Shown: positions 39,346-52,039 of the stretch, in pieces | Layout: every line of letters starts with the position of its first letter | Numbering within the stretch: the stretch's first letter is position 1 | NCBI GenBank assembly: GCA_013265495.1 | Contig: MU058010.1 | Location: 99,145-163,144, forward strand | DNA: 64,000 nt | Reading direction: 5' to 3' | Source of the DNA: Vicugna vicugna | Taxonomy: Eukaryota | Notes under the pieces: generated by a model | What the model saw: the letters and a program-made list of their open reading frames with translations, nothing else | Database searches by the model: none | What the model was told of the DNA's origin: nothing | Program-made: the position numbers and the translations under genes

Positions 39346-40251
39346 GGTCTCTGCACCACACATAGATTTGGCGAAAACCACAGCTTAATGTGCACAGTTA
39401 TGCTGAACAGTTCGCAGAATTATTGTGCTTCTAAAGTACACTTCTCTTCTTGACACCCACTTTAACACCTTTTGCTGGCGGCCACTTGAAACATTGTATA
39501 TGTCTGGGTTCTCTGTGAGGAATAGAGCTTGAGAAATTCAAGCAATTTTCCATGAATGAACAATTAGCTTTGTAAACTAATCCCTATACATTTTTTAAGT
39601 ATCTGAGGACTCATTGATGATAATGGTTACAGAAGAAATCTCATTACAACAAAACTCCAGTTTTATTTCCTGAGGCTTTAGCCCCCTCTATAGTTGTTCA
39701 TGAAGTTCAAATACAGACCAGCCTAAGTAAAGAAATGTCTGTGGTGTCTATCAGGCCAACGAACTGTGAATATGTAAGTAAAATTCAATTCTTAAAGTAC
39801 CTAAATCAGATGTGTCCCCCCACCCTCCTTGAGCTTCGTATGTACTATGAAAAGGACCCTGGACAAGAGGACTGGGGAGCAGGACACCGAGTACCAGTTT
39901 GATTGCCAGTCACTAAATTAGATAAGTTACCTTTGTAGAACTGCTTAATTTGCTAATCTGTAAAGCAAAGGTCACTCGTTATTAGAATCTTAATTCTAAT
40001 AATCTTAAGATTAGAAGGAATCTTTTGAGGTTGTCTGTCTTGTCTGTTTTTAGACTGGATGTTTACTGAAAACTCCTCACTTCTTTTTATATGTATTATT
40101 TCTTTTAATTTTAAAGATTAAGTGCTGAATTAAATGCTTCCTGATGATATCACAGTGATGATGTGATTGACTGTACTTTTTCACTTTGGGAATTAGAGAA
40201 ATATTAAAGAAGGGAATACTGACATAAGCACTATTTTGTCTTTCTTTGTAG

Positions 40252-40419
40252 TTGGACAAATTTGCCAGCATAAAAATTCCTGGGAGCAAGAAAGAAAGAC
40301 CTCCACTTTCTCACCTGAAGACTGCATTTGCAAGCAATGATTGCTCTTCAGAAATGAGTGAAAATGTTCCAAAGCCACTATCAGAGAATGAACTCTTAGA
40401 GCTTTTTGAAAAGATGATG
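40252..40419 (+). CDS. DIAPH3: DIAPH3 coding exon (exon 3 equivalent), 56 aa, start of the GTPase-binding region
   Basis: tttctttgtag|TTGGAC...ATGATG|gtaaga. Encodes LDKFASIKIPGSKKERPPLSHLKTAFASNDCSSEMSENVPKPLSENELLELFEKMM, matching recalled DIAPH3. Lies within ORF 40252..40521. Confidence 0.97.
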
Positions 40420-42831
40420 GTAAGAATTTTGACTTCTTATAAAATATTTGATGTAAAAGCCTTAGCTCTGGCTCATGTTAATGGAACTAAACATATCTGG
40501 AACTCAGATTCTAGAGGGTGATTTCTGGTGTCATTAAGATAGTACTTTAGGCATAGAGAGCTTTAGGGTTACAAAAACAAGAATCTGAAGAGAAGTGTCA
40601 CACCAGTTGTTTGATACAGAAATAAATAAAAACATAAATTCTCTAAAGTATCAAATGATGTATTTCTGTCTCGAATGGATTATCTAAGTGGTCTATGTCG
40701 GTTTCATTTTTAGAATCATGGTCACAGTGCCCTAGTGTGCATTGTTAAGTGTGCTGATTTTTGGACCTTGTTCGATTCCTTTCTTAGTTCTAAGGATAAC
40801 CAGGTGCATAGTCCTGCAACAGTTAAATCTGCAGGCATTTGAACTCATTCACTTTGGGGTGCCTTTTTAACTTTGATCACTACAAGTTATAATGTCAGTC
40901 TAGAAGAAAGAGAATGCAGCCTTTCATTTCTGCTAGGCTTTGCATCTGTTAATGAGACTTAGTTAGCTAAGGTAGATTTCTTCAAGACTACCTTTGAGGA
41001 CTCAGGATAATAAAGTGCCCTATCCCCCCCCCCATTCTATGCATCATATGTGGAACCACTCACCTAAATTATCTACGAGATTCTGGAACGGTACTTTTTT
41101 GGTTCACTTGTCACTACCTTGTTAAGAAAATTTGTTCTTTTGGATCATAATTGCTGGGGTCATCTGAGTAAGTAGAGCAAACAGGTCACTGATGTTAGAC
41201 GTTTACAGAGGTTTCACACAAGCCGTTGAAGTACAAGTACCTGGGCAGTATGGAACATAGTTGATGATATTCTGCTTTGCACATGATTACTTAAGAGATG
41301 CTTTCCTATCAGTCTTACCCTTCTCCAAGCTAAGAGTATCAATTTTAATGGTATGAACAGGGAAGATGGTGATTGGCATTTTTAAAGTGTTTACAGGATA
41401 CATATTTAAGAACTGGGCCACATCACTTGTTAAATCTTAAACGGGTCTCCCTGTTGGCAGAAGATCCTTTGCAGTCAAACACACTTTACTCAGCAGAAGT
41501 AAAATGAAGTGTTGCTTTCTTAGGGCTGACCAATTTGCTAATGAATGAGTTTCTCACAACTAAGTGCTTTTAAAAAAATAAGGAATAGTTTCCTTTTTTT
41601 CCTCCTCTCTCGATCCCTTGGCCATATCACAATACATTGTAGGAAAAACCCGCTGGAGGTTCTGAAGCTGAGAAGGGCCTTTTTCCTTCTTTAAATGTGG
41701 ACTAGTGATATTTCTCGGCTTGTCCGGCAGGGTACCACATCTTTGACAAACTTAAACCTGTTTCTGTGTCTGGGGAGGATGCTAGATTTAGATAGGTTTT
41801 ATTTTTGGCTTGGCACCTCTCTGTACTATTTTTAGTAATGATTCTTTTGGGGAAGCAGTATTGAATAATCTACCATTTTCATCTTTCGGCATTTACCATA
41901 ATGAGGTTTTATTTAAAAGTTGCATCTAGATTTTTTGTTTTGGCATGGTACAATTTAAAAATCTTATTTAACACTTTCAAAGGCACTCAGACTGTTTTTA
42001 CATGAAGTAAGAACTTTGTTTTGAAGAACATCTCTTTTCCCTCCTCAAGATGGTCCTTTGAAAGACAGTGTGCTGACTTGATTACTTAATGAGTGCGAAG
42101 TACAGTGTAATCCTTTGACATTTCTACTCATTTCACTTTTATTTAGGAAATTGATTTAGTTGGTCTCTGGGTAACGGTTTCAGTGCACTTGTTTAAAGTC
42201 ATGATGAATTTTTAGTTATGCTCCTTCTACGGGGCTTTTTTTCCCTGTTTGTCTTTTGGTTAAAGCAGAATTTTTACCTGAAAGCTCATCTTGGTTTCTC
42301 TGTGGATCTTAGACATGTGAAAGAGTTGTCTGAGCATCGTTGTATATACAGCTCTGATTTCTGGATCTCAGATTTCAGTGGTTGCTCTTGAACTCACAGT
42401 AGATCTATGGAGCTGGTTTTTTGACTGAAGTCAACGTGGTAGGCACAGGTTGAAACTGACTTGTCTTTTCTAGCCATTTAAACCTCTTTAAACCAACCCT
42501 TTCAGCTTATTTTTTCCTACCCCTGGATAAAATTCAGTGCAGGTCCCAGAGTTTTCCTTTTGCTTTCAGATAACGAGATTCGTAATTTAAATAAGTTAAC
42601 GTTCACCCAGAGAAAGCCTCTCCCTTTCCCCCATTCAAGGTTGCTCCACTTGGAGCCTCCAGTGTGGGCTGTGGTTAGGGCAGTGGTTTCCCCACGCTGC
42701 GTTTCTCTTCTTTCCTGCTCTCCAGACTGAATCTGTCTCCTCCAGGATGAGGTTGGAGGTGAGGGGAGGAGGAACAGGAATACTTTCCTGGTCAAGGGTA
42801 TTTAAAATCTGGCACTCTTGCCATGGGGTGT

Positions 42832-45557
42832 TGTATTAGTCTTTTATTGCTGCTGTAACAAATTATACAGATTTGATGGCTTAAAACCACACCAGTGTAT
42901 TGTCTCATAGTTCTGTAGGCTGAAGTCCAGGACGACTAAGCTGGTTTCTTTAGGATGACGTGGCAGAAATCAGTGTCAGCTGGCTGGGATCTTAGCAGAG
43001 GCTTTGGGAAAACTCCTTTTCTGAGTTCATATGGTTGGCAGAATCCAGTTGCCTGCTGTTTTAGGACTGAGGCCCCAGTTTTCTTGCTGACTGTCATCTG
43101 GAGGTTGCCTTAGCTTTGAGAGGCTTCTTCCATGTCCTTCACTGGGGCCCCTACATCTCTGATTAGCAAATCCATCTCCCTCTTACAGTCTCTGAATTCC
43201 CCTTCTGCAGCATCTCTTGCCTCCATCTCAAGAAAGTTCTCTGCTTTTATTTCTTTTTAATTTTTTTTAAGTTAAAAATTGAAGTATAATTGATTTACAA
43301 TGTTGTGTTAGTATACTAAGTATACAGCAAAGGGATTCAGTTATACACACACACACAAACACACACATTCTTTTTCTGATTCTTTTCCATTATAGGTTAT
43401 TACAAGATACTGAATATATTTCCCTGTGCTATACAGTAGGTCCTTGTTGTTTATCTATTTTACATATAGTAATGTGTATATGTTAATCCCAAACTCCTAA
43501 TTTATCCCTTCTCTGCAACCCTTTCCTCTTTGGTAACCATAGTTTGTTTTCTGTGATAGTGAGTCTATTTCCAGTTTGTAAATAAACTCTTTTTTAACCT
43601 TTCTTTTTAGATTCCACATATAAGTGGTATCACATGATATTTGTCTTTCTCTGTCTGACTTACTTCACTTAGTATGATAATCTCTGGGTTCATCCATGTT
43701 GCTGCAAATGGCATTCTTTCATTCTTTTTTATGGCTGAGTAATATTCCATTGTGTCTGTATACCACTTTTTGTATCCATTCATCAGTCAATGGACATTTA
43801 TATTGCTTCCATGTCTTGGCTCTTGTAAACGGTGCTGCTGTGAACATTGGAGTGCATGTATCTTTTTGAATTATTGTTTTCTTCAGATATATGCCCAGGA
43901 GTGTGATTGCTGGATCATACGGTAAGTCTATTTTTAGTTTTATAAGGATCCTCAATACTGTTTTCTGTAGTGGCTACACCAATTTACATTCCCACCAATA
44001 GTGTAGGAGGGTTCCTTTTTCTCCATACCCTCTCCAGCATTTATTATTTGTAGACTTAAATGATGACCATTCTGACTGATGTGAGGTGGTACCTCATTGT
44101 AGTTTTGATTTGCATTTCTCTAATAATTAGTGATATTGAGCATTTTTTCATATGCTTGTTGGCCATCTATATGTCTTCTTTGGAGAAATGTCTGTCTAGG
44201 TCTTCTGCTTCTTTTTTGATTGAATTCCTTGTTTTTTTTGATATTACATTGTACAAGCTGTTTGTATATATTGGAAGTTAATGCTTATTGTCACATAGTC
44301 TGTAAATATTTTCTCCCAGTCCATAGGTTGTCTTTTTGTTTATGTTTTCCTTTGCTGTGCAAAAGCTAATTAGTTTAATTAGGTCCCATTTGTTTATTTT
44401 TGCTTTTATTTCCATTATGCTAGGAGATGAATCAAAAAACATATTGCTGAAATTTATGTCAAAGAGAGTTTTGCCTATATTTTTCCTCTAAGAGTTTTAT
44501 AGTATCCAGTATTACATTTAGGTCCTTAATCTATCTTGAGTTTATTTTTGTATATGGTGTTAGAGAATATTCTAATTTCATTCTTTTAAATGTAGCTGTC
44601 CAGGTTTCCCAGGATCACTTATTGAAGAGAGTTTTTCTCCATTGTCTATTCTTGCCCCCTGTCATAGATTAATTGACCATAAATGCATTGGTTTATTTCT
44701 TGGCTTTCTATCCTATTCCATTAATCTATGTAGCTGTTTCTGTGCCAGTGCCATACTATTTTGATTACTGTAGCTTTGTAGTATAGTTTGAAGTCAAGGA
44801 GTATGATTCCTCAAGCTCTGTTCTTCTTTCTCCAGATTGTTTTGGCTATTTGGAGTCTTTTGTGTTTCCAACAAATTAAGGTTTTTTTTTTGTTCCAGTT
44901 CTGTGAAAAATGCTATTGGTAATTTGATAGAGGTTACATTGAATCTGTATAATGCCTTGTATAGTATGGCCATTTTAACAATATTGATTCTTCCAATCTA
45001 AGAACATGGTATATCTTTCCATCTGTCTATTTTTCAACTTCTTTCATCATTGTCTTACAGTTTTCAGAGTACAGGTCTTTTGTCTCTGTAGGTAGGTTTA
45101 CTCTTAGGTATTTTATTCTTTTTGATGTGATAGTAAATGGGATTGCTTCCTTAATTTCTCTTTCTGATATTTTGTTGTTAGTGTATAGAAATGCAACAGA
45201 TTTCTATATATTAATTTTGTATCCTGCTTCTGTACCAGATTCATTGATGAACTCTAGTGGTTTTCTAGTAACATCTTTAGGATTTTCTGTGTATAGTATC
45301 CCTGTCATCTGCAATCAGTGGTAGTTTTACTTCTTTTCCAACTTGGATTCCTTTTATTTCTTTTTATTCTCTGGAAGTTCTTTGTTTTTAAGGGCTCATG
45401 TATTGGACTCACCTAGAAAATCCAAACTAATTTCCCTGTTTTAAATTTTGTAACCCTAACTACTTCAGCATAGTCCCATTTGCCATGTTATATAATGTAT
45501 TTATGAGATAAGGGATTAGGGCATGGATATCTTTGGGGGACCATTTTGCTTGCCAGA
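42832..45557 (-). mobile_element. MaLR LTR (MLT1D/E-like) split by an L1; LTR halves at 42832-43249 and 45375-45557
   Basis: Starts tgtattagtc..gctgctgtaacaaatta, ends ggatatctttgggggaccattttgcttgccaga. Perfect 5-bp TSD GGTGT at 42827-42831 and 45558-45562. Confidence 0.9.
43250..45374 (-). mobile_element. 5'-truncated L1 (about 2.1 kb)
   Basis: ORF2 remnant [38 protein letters not shown] aagttctctgctttta (43234-43249) / aagttctttgttttta (45375-45390). Confidence 0.95.
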
Positions 45558-46290
45558 GGTGTAGGAGGTGACAAATTTCAATTCCTTGCTTTTGTGATAT
45601 TTCCAGGCCTCCCTTCTCCCAATCTCACCTATAATTCCCTTGTCACTGGTGATGTCTCTTTTGGCCGCCTACCCCAGTCTTCCATGAACCCATTCCTCAT
45701 CTGGGGTCATCTTTGGGGTCACCTCTGGGACCCGGCCTGCTTCTTCCCTGGGATTCACGTTGAGTCCATGGGAAGCTGGTGTGTCCTTTGCCCCAGCTCC
45801 TGTCCTTTATCTTGCTCCATTCAGAGCCTGTCTTCCACAATGAATAGTTTCCTCCAGCCCCTTCTACCAATAGCTTTTCATTTTTGCCATTGTTTTGTTC
45901 TAGATATTTCCCCCGCTAACTGTAGGTGGCTTTCCAGTCATCAGATCCTGATCAGAACACAGGTCAGAACACAGCTGACCATTCCCTCTTGTCTGCGTTT
46001 CTCTTTTTCCTTTGGGTACCATGACACTTTTTCCTTTTCCTGATTTTCCTCCTCTCTAGCCAGTTCTTACCAGTTTACTTTCCATGTTTCCTCTTTTTTC
46101 TGACTAATTTCCTCTGAGTGTTGCCTCTGTCCCTCTTGTCTTTTCTTTATCTACACACTCCTGGGGATTGGAGCCCTTTCATACTGTAGAATATCCCGTG
46201 TATTCTGACATCCTGCTGTGTCTTCTGCAGAGCAGCTACCATTTGAGCTCTCTAAAAGATGCTAAACCTCAACAAACCAGAAATGGCACT

Positions 46291-48161
46291 CATTTCCTTC
46301 TTTTCCCTCAGTTTTATTGAGATACAATTGATATTTAACATTGTGTAAATTATAAGATGTGGTGATTTGATAGACAGATATTTTAAAAATGATTGCCACA
46401 ATAAGCTTAGTTAACACATCTATCACCTCATATAAGAGTTCTCACGGTGAGAACTTTAAGATTTGCTCTCTTTGCAACTTTCAAGTATACAATACAGTAT
46501 TTAACCAGAGTCATCATACTATACATTACATCCCAAGAATTTATTCATCTTATAACTGCAAATCTGTACCTGCTGACTGCCTTCATGCACTTTCCCCACC
46601 CCTGTCCCTGGCCACCACCAATCTACCCTGTTTCTGTGGGTTTGGTATTTTTAGATTACACATGTGAATGATACCATGCAGCCTTTGTCCTTCTCTGCCC
46701 ACTTACTTCACTTATCACAATGACTTCAGGGTCCATCCATGTTGTCCCAAATGGCAGCATTTTCTTTTCTGTTGCTGAGTAGTATTCCATTCTGTGTATA
46801 TATACACCACAGTTCTTTTTTTTTTTACCCATTTATTTCTTAAAAGACACTTAGGTTGTTTCCATGTCTTGGCTATTATAAATAATGCTGCAGTGAACAA
46901 CAGGCTGCAGATACCTCTTTCAGATACCAGTTTCATTTCCTTTTGATGTATACCTAAAAGTGCAATTGCTGGATTATATGGGAGTTCTATTTTTAATTTT
47001 TTGAGGAATCTCCTTACTATTTTCCATAGTGGTTGTAACAATTTACATTTCACCAGCAGTGCACAAAGGTTCTTCTTCTTTTTTTTTTTTTTTTAACATC
47101 CTCCTTACCACTTGATACCTCTTTGATGACAGCCATTCTTACTGATATGAGGTGATACATCATTGTGGTTTTGAGTTTCATTTCCTTGATGATGAATGAT
47201 GTTGAGTCCTTTTCATGTACCTGTTGCCTACTTGTTTAACCTTTTTGGAAAAATGTTTATTCAGCTCTTCCTATTTTTAATTAGATTTTGTTTCTTTGCT
47301 TTTGAGTTGTAGGAGTTCCTTACATATTTTGGATATTAACCCGTATCATGTACGTGGTTTGAGGATATTTTCTTCCATTCCATAAGTTGCCTTTTCATTT
47401 TGTTGATGGTTTCTTTTGCTGTGCAGAAGCTGTTTAATTTGATGAAATCCTTCATGTTTAATTTTGCTTTTCTTGCTTGTGCTTTTGGGGTCATGTTAAA
47501 AAAAATCATTGCCAAAACCAATGTGAAGGAGCTTTTCCTCTATGTTTTCTTTTAGGAATTATAGAGTTTTAGGTCTTACATTTAAGTCTTTAATACATTT
47601 TAAGTTAATTTTTGTGAGTGGTATAAGGTAGGGGTCCAGTTTTATGTTTGCTTGTTTTGCATGTGCTTACCCAGTTTTTCCAACACTGTGTATTGAGGAG
47701 ACTGTCTTTTCATCTTGAGTAATGTTGGCTTCCATTTCACATATTAGTTGACCAAATATGCATGGGTTTATTTTTGGACTTTTGATTCTGTTCCATTGTT
47801 CTATGTTTGTTTTTATGCCAGTACCATATTGTTTTGATTACTGTAGCTTTGTAATAGAGTTTGAAATTAACAAGTGTGATGCCTCCAGCTGTGTTCTTCC
47901 TTTTCAGGATTGCTTTGGTTATTCATGGTCTCTGTTGGTTCTGTACAAATTATAGGATTGTTTTCGTATTTCTATAAAAATGCTATTGGAATCTTGTTAG
48001 GGGTTGCATGAAATATATAGATAGCTTTGAGTAGGATGGACATTTTAACAGTACTAATTCCTTCAACCCATGAATACAGGACATTGTTCCATTTATTTGT
48101 GTCCCTTGCAATTTTTTTCATCAGTGACTTACATTGTTCACTGTATAGATATTTCACCTCT
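46291..48161 (-). mobile_element. L1MA9-like 3' portion (about 1.9 kb), flanked by L2 remnants
   Basis: ORF2 remnants [29 protein letters not shown] and TPKAQARKAK..DFIKLNSFCTAKETINKMKRQ; L1MA-type 3'UTR. Confidence 0.93.
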
Positions 48162-48944
48162 CAGAGCTGCTTGTGTGTAAGTCCCTTGTGAAATTGATCC
48201 TTTATTTATTATTTTGATTTGTCTCACCACTAGATTAAATCCATGCAGCATCATCTAACTGGTATATCACCTCAAATAACTGCCTGTTCAATTAAGTGCT
48301 TCTTTCTAATTTTTAAGGTTTCTAAGATAATACATTTTTTTCGCCTTCAATTCTGTATAAGTGGAAATTAGCTTTAATTGTCAGTTTGCCAAATAATAGG
48401 AAAACATTAATGGATAGAAAGAGAGATTTCATGCATTTATACCTTTTTTTTCGTTTGTTTTCTCACTTCCACTATCTGTCGAGAGAATGAAATCTGGAAG
48501 AAAGGTCATCTACCAGGATGTGATCACTAACAGGCATTAAATGAGTGCCAATGATGACAAAATTACTCTGACAAAAATTATTTAAATTCTGGACTTCCTG
48601 TCATCTCTTGTAAGCATGTGAGAAATAGTCTAATAAAACTGGATGAAATATTTAAGTATGAATAGTAATGCTCTAATCTTTTCTTGGGAAGGTGTTTATC
48701 AGGCTCTATTGTAATGTAAGAGGGAGCACATTTATAAAATGCCATCAGCATTATCACTTAAGCATGTGTTTGAAGTGTCTCTTGGCATTAAGAGCTTAGA
48801 TGACCTACTATTTAATATGTATGTTGGCTTTTAGTGTGGGGAAATATAGTATAGATAATACTAAATGCAGTCACAATTAAATTTTGAAACCATTTTCAGT
48901 ATGTACTATAAAGTTGAATCTATTTTTGTTCAGTGGTGTTTTTA

Positions 48945-49065
48945 TTTTTTATTTTTATTTTATTTGTTTTTCTTGTCCTTCTTTTCTTTCTTTTTTGTTT
49001 CTTTTGAAGTACAGTCAATTACAATGTGTCAATTTCTGGTGTACAGCATAATGTACTAGTCATGC
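48945..49065 (-). mobile_element. Very short L1 3' tail insertion
   Basis: T-rich tail plus gaagtacagtcaattacaatgtgtcaatttctggtgtacagcata, the same end as 61801-61988. TSD cagtggtgttttta (48931-48944) / cagtggtattttta (49066-49079). Confidence 0.85.
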
Positions 49066-50065
49066 CAGTGGTATTTTTAAATAGGGTATTTTAGGTATAC
49101 AGAAAATAATAGAATACATATAACTAATTGAAATATCTTGTGTACTCCTTTCAGTCCCATTTTCTTACTTCCCGAAGGTGAACAATACCCTGAATCTGAT
49201 AGTTTCATTCCTGTATATTAAAAAAATTTTTTTTCTGTGTGATAATAACAGATGTACAGGAAAAACTTTTCTTTTGAATCATTTAGTGGTAAGTTGCTGA
49301 CTAAATGCTTCGTAATCACCTAATACTGTATTATTAGTCTCTACAAATAAGGACATCTGCCTGCATAACCACAACACAGCCACCAATATCAGGAGGTTAA
49401 CACTGATCAATTTCTATCAACTAATCTTCACACCCTGTTTAAGTTTTACCAGTTGTACCAACAGTGCTCTTTATAGGGAAAGACTCCCGTTCAGAATTCT
49501 GTGTTGTGCTTAGTTAACATGTTTTAAAACCTCCTTTAGTCTAGAAGAGGTCCTTAGTTTTATATCTTATGAATTTGATACTTGAAGATTCCACCTGGTT
49601 AGTTTGTAGAATGTCCCTGAGTTTGCATTGGTAGTATAATAAGACTTTTTAAGTTTTGCAAGTTGGATGTAAACAGGTTACCTAATCCTTTCAACAATTC
49701 TTTTTTCCCTTGATCATAAGTGAGACTGAACATCTCTTCAAATTGGCCCTTTTGTTTACTCTTCTGTAAATTTCTTCTTCATATCTCTTGCCTATTTTTT
49801 TTTAAATTGGGGTTTTTGTCTTTTTTGTATTGAGTTGTAGAATCCGTCATATATCCTGAATAATACTTGTGTTAGTTTATATGAATTGTAAGTATCTTGT
49901 CCCAGTATGAGTCTTGTTGTTTTACTTTCTTTCTGGGGGAGATGAAGGAATAAAGTACAGAAATGTAAAAATCAACATGGTGAGATTTATAAATCTTTTT
50001 ATGGCTTCTGTTTTTTGTATTGTTACTTGAAATTTCAAAAACAAATCTGGTTGAAATTTGGGGTT

Positions 50066-51008
50066 TGTTAGGACTGCAGGCAGGCTAGGAGATATAAATT
50101 CAAGAAGCACTTGAACTGTGTTCCTCTGGACTACAAAATAGGGAAGGCTTATAAATATAAAAAATGCAAGGTTACATTAAAGCTGTTTGTCAGGAATTTT
50201 GAGTGGAACTGGCAAGAAGTAAGGGTGCTTCTTAAGCAAAGATCAGTTGGGATCTGAAATGTTTACACAGTTGTGAAGGAAGGTGGATTTTGAAATTGTT
50301 ACTGAGTCCAAGCTCATACCACTCGCTGCATGACTGGCTAATAAATCGAGAGACAAGGCATTGGGACAAGGAATGGTGACTTTATTCAGAAAACTGGCCG
50401 ACTGTGATATTGGTGGGCTAGTGTCCCAGAGAATCATCTTACCTGAGTTAGAATTCAGGCTTCTTTTATACTGAAAGGGGAGGAGGTGTGGCTGGTTGTT
50501 GTGAACTTCTTGGTACAGGAATCCCTTGTTCTTGCAGCTGTCCACACAGGTCTGGTCATGATGTTCTTGTAAACCTCCACAAGACATATGTTACTCTCTG
50601 TTACAAAATCTTATTGCTATATGAATGAAAACTGTTACACCTTTAAAGGTGAAGCCTGGGAGGCAGAGTCTTGAGAAAGGGCTATCGTGTGTATTTCAGG
50701 CTGTAGGCAATATTCATTTACAAAGGTGCAGAGCCAGCATGACTCAGCACAGGAAACAGAAGTTTAGAGCTAAAGGAATAGTTCCAAAATGGAGTCAGGT
50801 TTGTTTTTTCTGTTTCAAAACTACAAGGGTGAGCCATCAGCTGCTAGCAGATATTGTTTCGAAATTAAGTCATGTCCTCGAGTTTGATACTGTTCAGGGA
50901 AAATTCAAATTCTCAGTGATGGAGGAATGTGTCTGAAACCACATCAATAATGGTCTGGCTCCATTTTGGATGCCTGAACCATAGTTATTCCATTTTGATT
51001 TTTAAACG
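50066..51008 (-). mobile_element. Older ERV1-like (MER4-group-like) LTR split by a younger LTR
   Basis: Non-L1 block with ttata near the left and a ggctccattttgg..ttccattttgatttttaaac end typical of reversed ERV1 LTRs; family not identified. Confidence 0.5.
50297..50817 (-). mobile_element. ERV1-type solo LTR, copy 2
   Basis: TG...CA ends, flanks aaat/aaac (3 of 4 TSD match); minus-strand AATAAA (50381-50386) and TATAAAA (50464-50470); colinear with 13950-14492. Confidence 0.88.
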
Positions 51009-52039
51009 GTCTTGTATATGTCATTAGTATATATTCTCTATCCTAACATCATAGATCTGTTCTTCTAAAATTGTTAGAATTATATCTCCACGTCTGATAT
51101 GAGAGATGGATCCAGTATTTTTCTTGTGTGATAACTGTTTTTTCTAGTAGCGTTGATTGAATAGCTATTCTTGTCCATCATTGGTAATACCTCCACTGTT
51201 ATATGTTAAGTTTCTGTACCTACACGAGTTTGTTTCTGAGGTTTGATTTTGTCCAGTGGTCTGTTTGTCTAGCTCTGCATTTATATCCGAAGTCTTAATT
51301 ACTATAACTGTATAAACAGCTTTGATATCTAGAACCCAATTCTCCTCTGCAAAATTGTCTTGACTATGCTTGACCCCTTTGTGATTTTACATTAATTTTA
51401 TAATCAATTGGTTAAGTTCCGTTGTAAACCCTGTTGAGATCTTGATTGTAATTACAATAAATTTATTGATTTAGGCAAAATAGATACCTTTGTGATATTA
51501 AATTTTTCTGTGAACATTGTATATATTATATCTAGTTATTCATTTATTTAGATTTTCTCTGTTCCTGAACTGGAAAGTTTACGATTTTCTCTCTAGAGGT
51601 CGTGCACGTCTTTTATGAGGATTTATTCCTTAGTTTATTTCTAAAGTGTAACTGGTATATTTAAAAAATTAAAGTTTTTACTAATACTATTAATTTGTAT
51701 TTAGTGACCTTGTTGAAATCTCAGTTTTTATTATTTGTGGAGTATCTCATAATTTTCTGTGTATATAATCAGACTATCTATGGCTGACTTTTGTTTCTTT
51801 TCCTGTCCTTATTCCTTCCTTTTTCCTATTCAGCTGAGTAGAAAACCCCAGAAAAGAGTTGATGTATATTTTTTTCTATTCCTAAAGTATGTAGTAAAGG
51901 CCTTTTTACATTTTACATCTGAATTACTTGAATTAAGTTGGCTCGCCCCTCACTGGACTCACCTCCCAATAGGGCAGATGCTTGACTCTGCTCATTTTTA
52001 TCCTGTAAAAAACTGAGTATATCCTCTTACTACTGATTA

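Larger units (their letters stand above)
22580..40251 (+). other. DIAPH3: DIAPH3 intron (17,672 bp, GT-AG)
   Basis: Lies between the microexon donor and the exon-3 acceptor; the peptides join without a gap. Confidence 0.9.
49080..51960 (-). mobile_element. Ancient L1M (L1ME/L1MC pieces) interrupted by LTRs
   Basis: Degenerate L1 3'UTR at 49080-49630 and ORF2-like text at about 49640-50060 and 51010-51960. Confidence 0.65.

Noticed and set aside
40420..40521. ORF extension past exon 3 (and the extensions around exon 4 in 62696..63070)
   Set aside because: Similarity to DIAPH3 ends exactly at consensus splice sites; the extensions are intronic read-through.
45546..46043. Longest ORF in the track (165 aa)
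   Set aside because: Non-ATG start, spans an MLT1 end and L2-like pyrimidine-rich sequence, no recognisable domain.
43719..48157. L1 ORF2-like peptides as functional genes
   Set aside because: Fragmented by stops and frameshifts and 5'-truncated; dead copies.
13950..50817. Single provirus bounded by the two related LTRs
   Set aside because: 36 kb apart with host exons between, no gag/pol/env remnants, different flanking bases.
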